Counted from the stretch's first letter, positions 45,147 to 55,295 are shown. The stretch: 64,000 nt of DNA from Candidatus Saccharimonadota bacterium (GCA_027371845.1 DAHXLD010000010.1:9438-73437), one strand, 5' to 3'. Notes: generated from the sequence alone by a model not told the origin. Numbers and translations are program-made.

Positions 45147-45328
45147 CTCCATCAAGTTTAATTAGAAGCTAATTTGTAGTTATAATCCCCTATTGGGGAG
45201 ATTAATCAGTTAGCATTACGGCCTTCTTGTCTCTAGCTGGCGTAAAGCTATAACCGATTATGGCAGCAGTAGATCAAAGTAAGATAAAACCCACACCTTG
45301 TGTATTAATAGCCCTATAGTTTCTTATA

Positions 45329-46624
45329 TTAATTCTTTTGAATTAGTTGATTGTAGTATTGTTGCATTTGTGAATAGTCTCCAATACCCTGTGTTGGAAT
45401 AAGGGCCTCTTCGCCCGAAGAAGGATCGGTATAATCAGTTAATACAGGCTGGGAACAACTGCCTGAAGTTAGAGTCGAACAATAAGCAAAAGATTTCATA
45501 CTAGACGGGCTAATGCCCTTAGTTAATGATAATAGCTTTAAAACATCTGAAAGGCTTAGATTTGTTTGTACGTTATTGCCCAAGGCTGTAAACAAGTTGC
45601 TAATTTTTATTGGGTTGTCTAAGAACCCTAGTGACTTAGCCTTCTGTCCAATGGCGGTTAAAATTTGTCTTTGATGGGCGGTTCGATCAAAATCACTATT
45701 CGGGAATCCATAGCTTCCTGGTCCGTCACCTCTGGCTCTTGCTAAATTTAGGGCCTGTTGACCGTCAAGATTCACCCAACCGTTGGCTAACTTAAGATGG
45801 GCATTAGGATCATAAAGTCCTCTTGGATCTGGGCTTTGAATGTTTACTGAAATACCTCCAACGGCATTAACAACATCTCGAAAAGCTCCGTAATCGGAAA
45901 CCGAATAATAATCTATAGGAATGCCGAGGTCAGTAACAACTATATGCTCTAATTGCCCCATTCCATTTTGAGGATATCCCGGAAAATTTTTGCCAAGTCC
46001 GTCATTAGCAGCATTTATCTTTTGCCATCCAAAGCCCGGAATATTAACCCAAAGGTCTCTCGGTATGCTGAGCATAAATGCAGAGTGTTTTTTAGTATTT
46101 ATACTAAGGACTATGATTGTGTCGGCTAAACTAGCCCCTCCATGCCCTATTTGATCTACAGAATCTCCGGCTAGTAGAATATTAATTCGACCTTGATTCT
46201 CACCTTTTAGGGTAGTATTGCTAAATATGGATGTTGCATCAGAAAAGAAGTTCCCGTGGAAAACTTTATCTAAATTACCAACAATACTACTGCCCAACCA
46301 ACCCCCTACACCAATAAATATTAAAAAAATTATAATAATCGGGGTTAATATTTTACGTTTAATGGACCATTTCTGGTGTGTTTTTTGTTCTTTTTTGTAT
46401 CGATTTGGATTGAACTGAGTTTGAAATTGTTGGTTTGGGAGAGTTGTATTTAAAAGAGACGGGGCTGAAGGATTCTTAGTAATTGGTCTAACTGGTTTAG
46501 ATTGAATGGTTTGTTTGGGGTGATATTGAATAGGCTTTGATGCGGTTTTTTCTTCTCTTGGGGTTAAAGGTCTATAAGCGTTAAATCCATCTATGCTTTT
46601 GTATCTAAATTTTTTGCTTTCCAT
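45329..46624 (-). CDS. LytR-CpsA-Psr (LCP) family cell-wall glycopolymer transferase
   Basis: 431 aa. Cytoplasmic tail, one TM, and an LCP core INILLAGDSVD..LADTIIVLSINTKKHSAFMLSIPRDLWV. Confidence 0.85.
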   Translation of the reverse strand: MESKKFRYKSIDGFNAYRPLTPREEKTASKPIQYHPKQTIQSKPVRPITKNPSAPSLLNTTLPNQQFQTQFNPNRYKKEQKTHQKWSIKRKILTPIIIIFLIFIGVGGWLGSSIVGNLDKVFHGNFFSDATSIFSNTTLKGENQGRINILLAGDSVDQIGHGGASLADTIIVLSINTKKHSAFMLSIPRDLWVNIPGFGWQKINAANDGLGKNFPGYPQNGMGQLEHIVVTDLGIPIDYYSVSDYGAFRDVVNAVGGISVNIQSPDPRGLYDPNAHLKLANGWVNLDGQQALNLARARGDGPGSYGFPNSDFDRTAHQRQILTAIGQKAKSLGFLDNPIKISNLFTALGNNVQTNLSLSDVLKLLSLTKGISPSSMKSFAYCSTLTSGSCSQPVLTDYTDPSSGEEALIPTQGIGDYSQMQQYYNQLIQKN

Positions 46625-46633
46625 AAAAACCTA

Positions 46634-46639
46634 ATTATA
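46634..46639 (-). promoter_or_regulatory. -10 hexamer TATAAT 9 nt upstream of the LCP gene ATG
   Basis: The minus strand reads GCTATAATTAGGTTTTTATG, with the ATG at 46624. Confidence 0.35.
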
Positions 46640-46663
46640 GCTTAATGATGCTTATTTTTTAAA

Positions 46664-49168
46664 TCATTTCAAATTTAAACCAAGATTTGTTTTATAGAAC
46701 CAGACCTTCACGGTGTCCATTACGCCGAAATAAACTAGAGTCATACCAGCCGTTAATAGAAGCAATTTATATGGGAAGTTAGCGAAGAGTAAAAGATTTT
46801 TAGTGTAAGGAATATATACCAGGGCTAAGGATACTATAAATATTATTAAGAAAGAGATAGCAAGAGCTTTAGAGAATTTAGGAGCTTTAAAAAAGTGCCC
46901 TTTATTTCTTATTGAAAGAATAACAATTAGAGCCGTAAAGGTTAAGAAAATATATAGACCAGTGCCTACGACAGAGCTGGAATTATTTTGTTTAATTATG
47001 GCGTAATACATAATTTCAAATATTGATGTTACGCTACCCAAAAAGATAGATATAAACATCAAAGAGTGAATATTAAATTTGGATGGACGTTGTAGTTCAA
47101 CTGTATCGACGTTGTCAGTAGCGATCGTAAAGCAAGGTAGTTCAGTAATCAAGCTAGTTAGAAGTACTTGGACTGGGAGTATTGGTAAAGACACGATCGA
47201 CATAAGATAAAGGATACTTAAAGCGAAGAAATTGCCCCAGTTACTTACAAATACGTAGCGAATATATTTATTAATATTGGCGAATATTTCTCTACCAGAT
47301 TTAATGCCATTTATAATCACCCCTATATCATTTCTTAAAAGAACAATATCGGCACTGTCTTTTGCCACGTCGGTAGCACCATTTACGGCTATAGCGACAT
47401 CAGCTAATTTGAGAGCTGGGGCATCGTTAATGCCATCCCCCTGATAACCAACCACATTTCCTTTTATTTTGAGCAATTCAATAATGTGATGCTTTTGAGA
47501 CGGGTTTAATCTAGCAAAGACATTGTTATTTTGGATTATCTCAATTAAGCGGCTGTCGCTTATGTTGCTTAATTCTTCGCCGGTATAGACTTTTTGATTA
47601 TTCTTCAAAAGTCCAACCTGATGAGCTACATATTCGGTTACTTCTTTGCTGTCTCCTGACATTATTTTAATTTCAACTCCAAGTTCTTCGGCTAATTTAA
47701 TTGTATTTCGAGCACTTTTTCTTAAGGGGTCTTGGAGTGATACGAAACCAACAAATTTTAGATTATCTTCATTCTTTAAAATATCAAGTTTAGAGCTATA
47801 GTTCGGGAGTTCCTTAAAGGCTATGCCAAGATGTCTTAAGCCTAATTTCCCCTCTTCGCTTATAATTTGGTGATATTGTTTGGAGTGATGATCGTTAGAT
47901 ATGGACAATAAGGTTTCAACCGAACCAACTTCAATTAAATAAATCTTATTATTGTTTTTGGCAATTACTCTTCTTCTTCTAGAGTCTGGATCGAATGGGA
48001 GTTCTTTAAGTCTTTTAAAGGACTGTCCTTCCTTTCTAATATTGTCGGGAACAAAATTTAAAAAAGCATTATCAAAGGCGCTTTGATATCTTTTCTTCTT
48101 TTCGTCACTAGCTTCTAAGCTAGCCATCGCTAAAATTTGAAAAAACTTTAAGTCTGACGCAATAATATTCTTGACCTGCAGTTTATTCTCGGTAAGTGTA
48201 CCGGTTTTATCGCTACATAGGATATTAATATTGCCTAGGTCTTCAACGGCTGATAAAGTTTTAACAATAACATGTTTTTTAGAAAGTTTTAGAGCTCCTT
48301 TAGAGAGTGTTAATGTGACGATTACCGGCATAGCTTCGGGCACAACCGCAATTAAGAGGGCTACTACAAATATCGCTAATTCAGCGACATTACTGAGATT
48401 ATGGCTTATTATTACTTTTAGTATAAATACTACTAAAAGAGTTATAGAGGTTACTTTAATTAAAAAATTACTAAAAATTGTTAAAGACTTTTCAAATTGG
48501 GTCGTCCTTTTAGTATCGATTGATAGATGAGCAATTTTACCTAATTCAGTTTCAAAAGAAGTTGCATAGATTACACCCCTAGCTTCGCCTCCCTCAATAA
48601 TGCTTCCAGCGTAAACAAAAGAGTTATCGCCTTCAGAACTTTTATTTACCGGAAGACTTTCTCCTGTCAATTGGGACTCATTGACGTTTAAATCATCCGA
48701 CTCGAGAAGTCTAATATCAGCCGGTATTATATCGCCTTCTTTTAAAATAACAATATCGCCCACTACAATATCTTTTTCTAGAACAAGCAGAGGTTTTGAA
48801 TCTCTTAAAACCATTATTTCTCTATCAATTAATTTCGATAAATGGTCAATAGCCTTTTCAGAACGGTATTCTTGATAAAAACTTAAAGAAGTATTAATTA
48901 TAAGAATAAAAATAATAACAACGCCGTCGCTAGTACCATTAAAAAGGAAAGATAATATACAAGCAATTATTAACAAATAAACTAGTGAATTTTTAAATTG
49001 CTTTATATATAGTCTAAAAGTTTTAAATTTAGTGGTTTTATAAAAGATATTAGGTCCGTTAATTTCAAGTCTTGCCTTAGCTTCAACTGAACTTAAACCC
49101 TGGTCACTCGAGTTTAAATATTTTAAAAGATCTTCTTTGCTAATTTTTTTTATATTAAATTTTTGCAT
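46664..49168 (-). CDS. cation-transporting P-type ATPase (MgtA/Ca-ATPase-like, P2/P3 type)
   Basis: 834 aa. Cation-ATPase N-terminal domain (LSSVEAKARLEINGPN), TGES, TM4 VPEAMPVIVT, phosphorylation site CSDKTGTLT, hinge GDGINDAPALK. SD AGGAGA upstream. Confidence 0.9.
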   Translation of the reverse strand: MQKFNIKKISKEDLLKYLNSSDQGLSSVEAKARLEINGPNIFYKTTKFKTFRLYIKQFKNSLVYLLIIACILSFLFNGTSDGVVIIFILIINTSLSFYQEYRSEKAIDHLSKLIDREIMVLRDSKPLLVLEKDIVVGDIVILKEGDIIPADIRLLESDDLNVNESQLTGESLPVNKSSEGDNSFVYAGSIIEGGEARGVIYATSFETELGKIAHLSIDTKRTTQFEKSLTIFSNFLIKVTSITLLVVFILKVIISHNLSNVAELAIFVVALLIAVVPEAMPVIVTLTLSKGALKLSKKHVIVKTLSAVEDLGNINILCSDKTGTLTENKLQVKNIIASDLKFFQILAMASLEASDEKKKRYQSAFDNAFLNFVPDNIRKEGQSFKRLKELPFDPDSRRRRVIAKNNNKIYLIEVGSVETLLSISNDHHSKQYHQIISEEGKLGLRHLGIAFKELPNYSSKLDILKNEDNLKFVGFVSLQDPLRKSARNTIKLAEELGVEIKIMSGDSKEVTEYVAHQVGLLKNNQKVYTGEELSNISDSRLIEIIQNNNVFARLNPSQKHHIIELLKIKGNVVGYQGDGINDAPALKLADVAIAVNGATDVAKDSADIVLLRNDIGVIINGIKSGREIFANINKYIRYVFVSNWGNFFALSILYLMSIVSLPILPVQVLLTSLITELPCFTIATDNVDTVELQRPSKFNIHSLMFISIFLGSVTSIFEIMYYAIIKQNNSSSVVGTGLYIFLTFTALIVILSIRNKGHFFKAPKFSKALAISFLIIFIVSLALVYIPYTKNLLLFANFPYKLLLLTAGMTLVYFGVMDTVKVWFYKTNLGLNLK

Positions 49169-49181
49169 TTCTTTCTCCTAC

Positions 49182-50555
49182 TTAAGGAATCATAGAATAT
49201 ATCGCCGCTATTCCCGACACTGTCATTAGAAGAACTAATATCCAACCAAACGAAGCTGATATCTTGCCATTTTTCCACTCTCCCATTATTTTATGGTTTC
49301 GGGCCATTATTAGAATTAGAACTAATATTATTGGAGCCACAATTCCATTCAATACGGCTGAATAGATTAAAGCTTTAATTGGGTTAAGACCTATAAAGTT
49401 AATCCCAAGGCCAATTAACATCGAAATTATGATAACTCCATAGAAAGAATAAGCCTGTCGAAGCTTTTTGCTTAAGCCTTGTTTTTTCCCTAGGGTTTCA
49501 CTTATGGCATAGGCACTAGATCCAGCTAAAACAGGTATCGCTAAAAGACCAACACCTAAAATCCCAATGGCAAAAAGCCAAAAAGATAAGTTTCCGGCAA
49601 AAGGCCTTAGGGCTTCGGCGGCTTGAGAGGCTGTGTTAATGTCGGTAATGCCGTGAGTAAACAAGACGCTTGCACAAGCGGCAATTATAAAAAACATAAC
49701 GACATTGCTTAAGAACATTCCAGACCAAACATCTATTCTCATGCTTCTAATGTCTTGTTTACTTGTTTCCTTTCGTTGAGCTATAGTAGTTTGTCCAGCG
49801 GCAATCTCATCTTCTACTTCTTGAGAGGTTTGCCAGAAAAAAAGATACGGAGTGATTGTTGTTCCCAAAACGGCACAAATAAGAAGGATACTATTTTTAG
49901 AAATTGTAAAAGTTGGTATTATTGAATGTTTTAGAATTGTGTGCCAATCTGGTTTAGCTAAGATCGCTGATAAAATATAAGTAACTAAAATAAGGGCCAA
50001 CCATTTTAAATATTTGGCGTATCTTGCGTAGGGTGTAAATATTTGAACCACAATAATAAATAAAGTAAAAAGGACTACTAATAGTCCAAAGTTAAGGCTT
50101 GGCCTTAATAGTTGAAGGGCGTTAGCCATAGCTCCAATATCTGCCCCAATATTAAATGTATTGGCGGCAAATAAAAAGATGGTACTTAGGTATAATATTC
50201 TTTTTCCAAAATGGGCTCTAATGTTACTAGCTAATCCCTTCCCGGTTGCTAAACCTATTCTGGCACACATTTCTTGGATTACAGCCATTAGAGGAAAGGT
50301 AAAGCCAGCTAACCAAAGTAATTTAAAGCCATACTGGGCTCCTGCTTGAGAATATGTCGCTATTCCGCTTGGATCGTCGTCAGACGCTCCAGTCGTTAAA
50401 CCAGGACCAAGAGTATACCAGTAGTCTTTAGCTTTTTGGATAGATAGATTTTTTGAATAAGGTATAGAGTTAGCAATTTTCTGACTAGAGTCTATTCCTT
50501 TTTGAAGTCCTCTCGCCGGAGCCTCAATGGTTCTTTCAATTATATTTTTTTTCAT
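49182..50555 (-). CDS. NRAMP-family divalent metal cation transporter
   Basis: 457 aa, about 11 TM helices. GPGLTTGASDDDPSGIATYSQAGAQYGFKLLW resembles the NRAMP/MntH-like N-terminal signature. Confidence 0.8.
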   Translation of the reverse strand: MKKNIIERTIEAPARGLQKGIDSSQKIANSIPYSKNLSIQKAKDYWYTLGPGLTTGASDDDPSGIATYSQAGAQYGFKLLWLAGFTFPLMAVIQEMCARIGLATGKGLASNIRAHFGKRILYLSTIFLFAANTFNIGADIGAMANALQLLRPSLNFGLLVVLFTLFIIVVQIFTPYARYAKYLKWLALILVTYILSAILAKPDWHTILKHSIIPTFTISKNSILLICAVLGTTITPYLFFWQTSQEVEDEIAAGQTTIAQRKETSKQDIRSMRIDVWSGMFLSNVVMFFIIAACASVLFTHGITDINTASQAAEALRPFAGNLSFWLFAIGILGVGLLAIPVLAGSSAYAISETLGKKQGLSKKLRQAYSFYGVIIISMLIGLGINFIGLNPIKALIYSAVLNGIVAPIILVLILIMARNHKIMGEWKNGKISASFGWILVLLMTVSGIAAIYSMIP

Positions 50556-50562
50556 CTTAAGT

Positions 50563-50952
50563 TTAAAGTTTAATTTTATTTAAAAACTCGACAAGTTCCA
50601 TTGGGGTTAGCTCGGCTTTAATGATATAACCGTCAGCTTGACTTTCGATTTTTGTCTTAACATCCTCTCTTTGTTCAAGATTAGTTGTGATAATAACCTT
50701 AGCTCTTAAGTGTGGTGTTTTAGTTTTGTCTCTTAAAATATCTAGAAGCTCTATACCAGTTAGGTTGGGGATCATTAAATCTAATAATATTATGTCGTAG
50801 TAGTCGGTCTGAGCTTCTTTGAGAGCCTCTACCCCATCAGCAATTACCTTAACTTCATATCCAGATTTATTTAGGGCCCTAGTATAAAGTTCTCCAATGA
50901 AATGTTCATCTTCTATGACAAGTATTTTTCTGATTTCTTTATTTTCTTCCAT
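50563..50952 (-). CDS. single-domain response regulator (receiver only)
   Basis: 129 aa. ILVIEDE, DIILLDLMIP, VIITTNL, DGYIIKA. No output domain. Confidence 0.88.
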   Translation of the reverse strand: MEENKEIRKILVIEDEHFIGELYTRALNKSGYEVKVIADGVEALKEAQTDYYDIILLDLMIPNLTGIELLDILRDKTKTPHLRAKVIITTNLEQREDVKTKIESQADGYIIKAELTPMELVEFLNKIKL

Positions 50953-50980
50953 GATATAACTTTAACATTTTTTTAAAAAA

Positions 50981-52522
50981 TTAACGTCTATAATATGAAT
51001 GATTTTTAATCCAGCCGTGAGCGCTTCTGACTAGATCATCATTTGAAAGATTCTTTTGTTCTTGACTTAGCTTTTCGAATGGCAAAACACTAAAACCAAA
51101 AATGCTACCATCCCCCTCTTTACTGTGAACCCATATGTTACCTTGATGGGCGGTAATTATAGCTTTTGATAAATATAAGCCCAAACCAGTTCCCCCAACT
51201 TGGGCCCGATTATGGTGATCTCTATAAAACTTGGTAAACAGTTTAGATATTATGCTTTCTGGAATACCTCTTCCAAAGTCTTGAACGGTTGTTTCAACTA
51301 AGCCTTCACCATTTAAGGAGCTTTTAATTTTAATTACTTTGGAGTCGTTGCTGTATTTAATAGCGTTATCGATTAGATTTAAAACGACTTCTTGGATGCT
51401 TAATCTATCAACTCCAACCTCGGGAAGATCGGTTGCGATATCTCTTTCTAGGGCGATGTTTCTAACTTTTGCCCGTAAATCGATCGTATCAATAGCTTGA
51501 TTTAAAACTTCAGACCAGTTTTCTTTCTGGAGTTTAAGTTCCATTTGATCATTATCTACTCTAGCGACATTTAAGATATTATTAACAAATGCCGTTAATT
51601 GATCGCTTGAGGCTCTCATCTTATCTAAGAATGAATCCATTTCTGGATTTAACTTGCCCTTGAATTCTTGATTAAAGACTTCTACGTAACCCTTCAGAAG
51701 AGTTAGGGGAGTTCTAAGTTCGTGAACGGTCAAAGCCACAAAGCTAATGGATTGATCGTCTTGAGAGTATTGTTTGGTGTGATCAAATAAAGTTAATATC
51801 GTGCAGTAACCTTCAGGGTTGCCGACGTTATAATAGGCCGAAAGATCAAAGTATAGAGTTGGGTGTTGATCTCTAATATTAAGCTTTACCCTCTCCCATT
51901 GATTAGAGCTATTAGCAGTGTTCCCCTTAACTTCTTTAAGCCAATAATCAAAAGTATTATTTGTCGGGAAAGACATATCGAGAATCGTGTAAATATTTTT
52001 ATTTATTAAATCGTTAACTTCTATACCTAAATATTGAGCAGCTATTTTATTGGCAAATTTAATATTTTCATTGTTGTCTAGAACAAAGATCGGTAAAGGA
52101 ATATTGTTGGCCATAAAATCCCTAGATAGATCATATTTAGTTTTTTCAATTTCAGTAGCGTTTTTATTGGCAACTGATGCAATTTGATAAAGCTGGGAAA
52201 TAAGATTACTTACTAATTCTCTTCCAAGGGTTAGTTTATTGGTGTCGGGGGCTCCAATCGGTTGATTATAGCTCGGACTAATATGTAGAATCGCTTGACG
52301 AAGTTGTTTTAATGGAGAAGTTAGGCCATTACTTAGCATCAAGGTAGTTACTAAGCTTAAGAAAAAGGATAATAAACAAGCAATTATTAAGGTTTCCTTT
52401 AGGCCAATATTTAAATAATGGACGGTTAAATATATTAACCCTACTATAATTAGATTCTCAATAAGTAAGCTCACCAAGAGTCTTATCTTAAATTTATTTA
52501 AATATCTTTGGAAGTCATCCAT
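50981..52522 (-). CDS. sensor histidine kinase (2 TM, PAS-like, HisKA, HATPase_c)
   Basis: 513 aa. H-box LTVHELRTPLTLLKGY, N-box NLIDNAIKYS, G1 DFGRGIP, G2 GGTGLGL. Confidence 0.9.
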   Translation of the reverse strand: MDDFQRYLNKFKIRLLVSLLIENLIIVGLIYLTVHYLNIGLKETLIIACLLSFFLSLVTTLMLSNGLTSPLKQLRQAILHISPSYNQPIGAPDTNKLTLGRELVSNLISQLYQIASVANKNATEIEKTKYDLSRDFMANNIPLPIFVLDNNENIKFANKIAAQYLGIEVNDLINKNIYTILDMSFPTNNTFDYWLKEVKGNTANSSNQWERVKLNIRDQHPTLYFDLSAYYNVGNPEGYCTILTLFDHTKQYSQDDQSISFVALTVHELRTPLTLLKGYVEVFNQEFKGKLNPEMDSFLDKMRASSDQLTAFVNNILNVARVDNDQMELKLQKENWSEVLNQAIDTIDLRAKVRNIALERDIATDLPEVGVDRLSIQEVVLNLIDNAIKYSNDSKVIKIKSSLNGEGLVETTVQDFGRGIPESIISKLFTKFYRDHHNRAQVGGTGLGLYLSKAIITAHQGNIWVHSKEGDGSIFGFSVLPFEKLSQEQKNLSNDDLVRSAHGWIKNHSYYRR

Positions 52523-52523
52523 G

Positions 52524-53696
52524 CTAATTGGAATAACTTACATAAGAGCTCGAGGAAACAGCTGTAATCCAGACTTGACCAGGGATTAAATCTAGAGGTT
52601 GGCCATTGCTATTGGTAAAACTAATTTGGGAGGTGTTGCTACTTTTTGTCCACTGTCCGATTTGAACTCCACCGTTTTGAAATACATAAACCTGACCACT
52701 GCCAATAATCGAATAATCGGAATAATAGGCTCCAGTTGCATCTAGGGGTCCGTTAGTTTCTGGGATTACCATGGCAATAACAACTTTTGGACTTATTTGT
52801 TTATTAGTGTCGGTTCCAATTTGAGGTGATCCAGCTTCACTTCTGTTATAGCTATTGGTCGAGGCGTCATATAAATAGGAGGGGTTATAGTCTGGCCCAG
52901 AAAGAGTTAGACCTATTTTTGTAGCGGTCGGACTTTTTAGGGGGCTAGCTGGAGTTCGTGGCCAACTCGTAAAGATGCTTTGACCAAATCCTTTTTGAGC
53001 CTCAAGATTATGCAAATTAGCAATTGAAGTGTAGACATTATGAGGGGCGTAGCGGGAGGCTATTCTAGTGTAATAGGAGCCATTAAAGAACTGGTTTAAG
53101 TCTTTAACGCCCCACGTTTGAATGTCAGTCAAAGCCTGTGGGCTTCCTCCAACATGGGCATAGGCCGCATCAAATCCTAAAGCCCACTGAACATAGTATG
53201 GTCGAGCACTTCGCACTGGTCCAACATAAGTTGGAGCGGTATCTTGGTATAGGGCCATGAATCTGGTTATGCCACCTTCTGCTAAAGCTTCGAAGACCAC
53301 CCCTGCTTGACCTAGCCCAGATTGAGGTCTTGCCGCTAGACTGTTTTCGATCATTACGGCCGTAACGGGTAGTTTGTTTAAGGCTGGGTTAACTGGTAAA
53401 CCGGTTAAATTTGATGGGACTAAATTTGAGACTGGTTTTATTTGCTTTTTTGTTACCACTTGAGGCTCTGGCGCTTTGGAGGGTTTTGAATTAATTAACA
53501 AAAACGAAATAATCCCGGCTATAACTAAAACCACAATTACTACTATGATAATTATTTGTTTCTTGGTTAATTTAAATTTTGGTTTTTTAGGCATAATTAT
53601 GTCCTTTTTTGAATCGTTATTTATGATAGGTGTAGCTGCTTGATCGCCTTCTTGAGTAGCTATTTCTTCGGGAGTTTTAAAATTTTCATCTTGCAT
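52524..53696 (-). CDS. DUF3048 (YerB-like) secreted/membrane-anchored protein
   Basis: 390 aa. N-terminal TM, then PVTAVMIENSLAARPQSGLGQAGVVFEALAEGGITRFMALY and VGPVRSARPYY, which are characteristic of DUF3048. Confidence 0.7.
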   Translation of the reverse strand: MQDENFKTPEEIATQEGDQAATPIINNDSKKDIIMPKKPKFKLTKKQIIIIVVIVVLVIAGIISFLLINSKPSKAPEPQVVTKKQIKPVSNLVPSNLTGLPVNPALNKLPVTAVMIENSLAARPQSGLGQAGVVFEALAEGGITRFMALYQDTAPTYVGPVRSARPYYVQWALGFDAAYAHVGGSPQALTDIQTWGVKDLNQFFNGSYYTRIASRYAPHNVYTSIANLHNLEAQKGFGQSIFTSWPRTPASPLKSPTATKIGLTLSGPDYNPSYLYDASTNSYNRSEAGSPQIGTDTNKQISPKVVIAMVIPETNGPLDATGAYYSDYSIIGSGQVYVFQNGGVQIGQWTKSSNTSQISFTNSNGQPLDLIPGQVWITAVSSSSYVSYSN

Positions 53697-53703
53697 AAGA
53701 TCT

Positions 53704-53712
53704 ATTGTACCA
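53704..53712 (-). promoter_or_regulatory. extended -10 (TGgTACAAT) 7 nt upstream of the DUF3048 gene ATG
   Basis: The minus strand reads TTTGGTACAATAGATCTTATG, with the ATG at 53696. Probable promoter of the 53696-45329 operon. Confidence 0.45.
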
Positions 53713-53853
53713 AATGCTTATGCTTTACTCTATAGATTAAAAAACAATTTATTAATGTTTTATTCAGCTATAATTTAGACTCAAGTCTTTTGATCTAGGT
53801 AATAATATAATTAATTACTTAAACTTAAAGGTTAATTAATGATCCATTTAAAT

Positions 53854-55287
53854 TCAATTATTTAGGGCTGAGATCTGTTGTTTAATTCTGTTTAAGGATC
53901 GATCTTTGCCGAGAAGATTTAAAGTCTCAAATAGCCCTGGACTTGAGGGACTTTGAGTGGTTGCAATTCTTATTAAACTAAATAGAATAGCGGGTTTTTG
54001 ATTTAGTTTTTGTAATAAATCGTTAAGTTTAAGTTGTAAGTCGTCCACTTCAAAATCACTTTCTAATAATACTTCTAAAGAAGCTTCAAGCATTTTTATT
54101 ATCTGTTCGTTAGTAAACTCTCTAAGCTTGTTATTGTCTTTGATAAGATTCTTATTAACGTCTAATTCTTTAAAGAAGAACAGACTCAAAGCTTCTATTT
54201 CGCCTAAGTATTTTAATCGTTCTTGAATTAAAGCAAGAACCTTTCTTTGATATGATTCCTGATAGTTTTGAGCTTCTTTTGGCCAAAAACTTTTACTTAA
54301 TACCTGCAATTCATCTAAATCTAAATTTCTAATAAGATAACCATTAATATATAAAAGTCTTTTTTCGTCAAAATTAGCCGGAGATCTCTGAACCTTATTT
54401 ATCGAAAACTTTTGAATTAATTGATCGACACTAAATATCTCTTGCCTAGTACCGTCGTTCCAGCCTAAAGTTGCCATAAAGCTAATAAGAGCATCTTTAA
54501 GGTAGCCTTCGTTTAGGTATTCTAAAATATCTTTAGCATTATCTCGTTTGGACAATTTCTTTTTACCGTCAGGCCCCAATACGGCCGGGGCTGTTGCCAT
54601 CTTTGGTGGATCAATTTCTAAAGCTTCGTAGAGATTTAAAAATTTTGGAACACTCGCCAAGAACTCACTAGATCTAATTATATGAGTTATTTTCATTAAA
54701 TAATCATCAATAATATGAGCAAAGTTATATGTTGGGTAACCGTCACTCTTTAAGATTATAAAATCATCAATTGCTTCTTTGGGTGTTTTAAGATCACCAT
54801 AAATTAAATCGTTATATAAATATTCTTTTGGTTCACTCTTAAAACGTAAAGCTTGGCCTTCCTTGTACCCATTAAGTTTTTTTGGTCGAAAGTTTCTATA
54901 AAGAAAAGGTTCTTTAGACTGTTTAGCCTCATTTCGAAAGTTTTGAAGTTCTTCCTCACTGTATATTTCGCTATAAGCCCTTCCCTTGTCGACAAGCTTC
55001 ATGGCCCATTCCTTATAAATATCTAAACGATCGCTCTGTCGATATGGTCCGTAAGGCCCCTTAATATCGGGTCCTTCGTTATAATTTAGTCCGAGAGCTT
55101 TAAGGGATTTTATGATGTGCTCAATTGAACCTTCAACTTCACGGCTCTTATCGGTGTCTTCGATTCTTAAAATAAAATCACCATTATTTTGTTTAGCCAT
55201 TAGCCACGCAAAAAGAGCAGTTCTTAGACTACCTACATGTAGAAAGCCTGTGGGGCTTGGAGCAAATCGAGTACGTATTTTATTCAC
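53854..55287 (-). CDS. gltX: glutamate-tRNA ligase
   Basis: 477 aa, GTG start. RTRFAPSPTGFLHVGSLRTALF (HIGH region) and KLSKRD (KMSKS). Confidence 0.93.
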   Translation of the reverse strand: MNKIRTRFAPSPTGFLHVGSLRTALFAWLMAKQNNGDFILRIEDTDKSREVEGSIEHIIKSLKALGLNYNEGPDIKGPYGPYRQSDRLDIYKEWAMKLVDKGRAYSEIYSEEELQNFRNEAKQSKEPFLYRNFRPKKLNGYKEGQALRFKSEPKEYLYNDLIYGDLKTPKEAIDDFIILKSDGYPTYNFAHIIDDYLMKITHIIRSSEFLASVPKFLNLYEALEIDPPKMATAPAVLGPDGKKKLSKRDNAKDILEYLNEGYLKDALISFMATLGWNDGTRQEIFSVDQLIQKFSINKVQRSPANFDEKRLLYINGYLIRNLDLDELQVLSKSFWPKEAQNYQESYQRKVLALIQERLKYLGEIEALSLFFFKELDVNKNLIKDNNKLREFTNEQIIKMLEASLEVLLESDFEVDDLQLKLNDLLQKLNQKPAILFSLIRIATTQSPSSPGLFETLNLLGKDRSLNRIKQQISALNN

Positions 55288-55295
55288 TAAAACTT

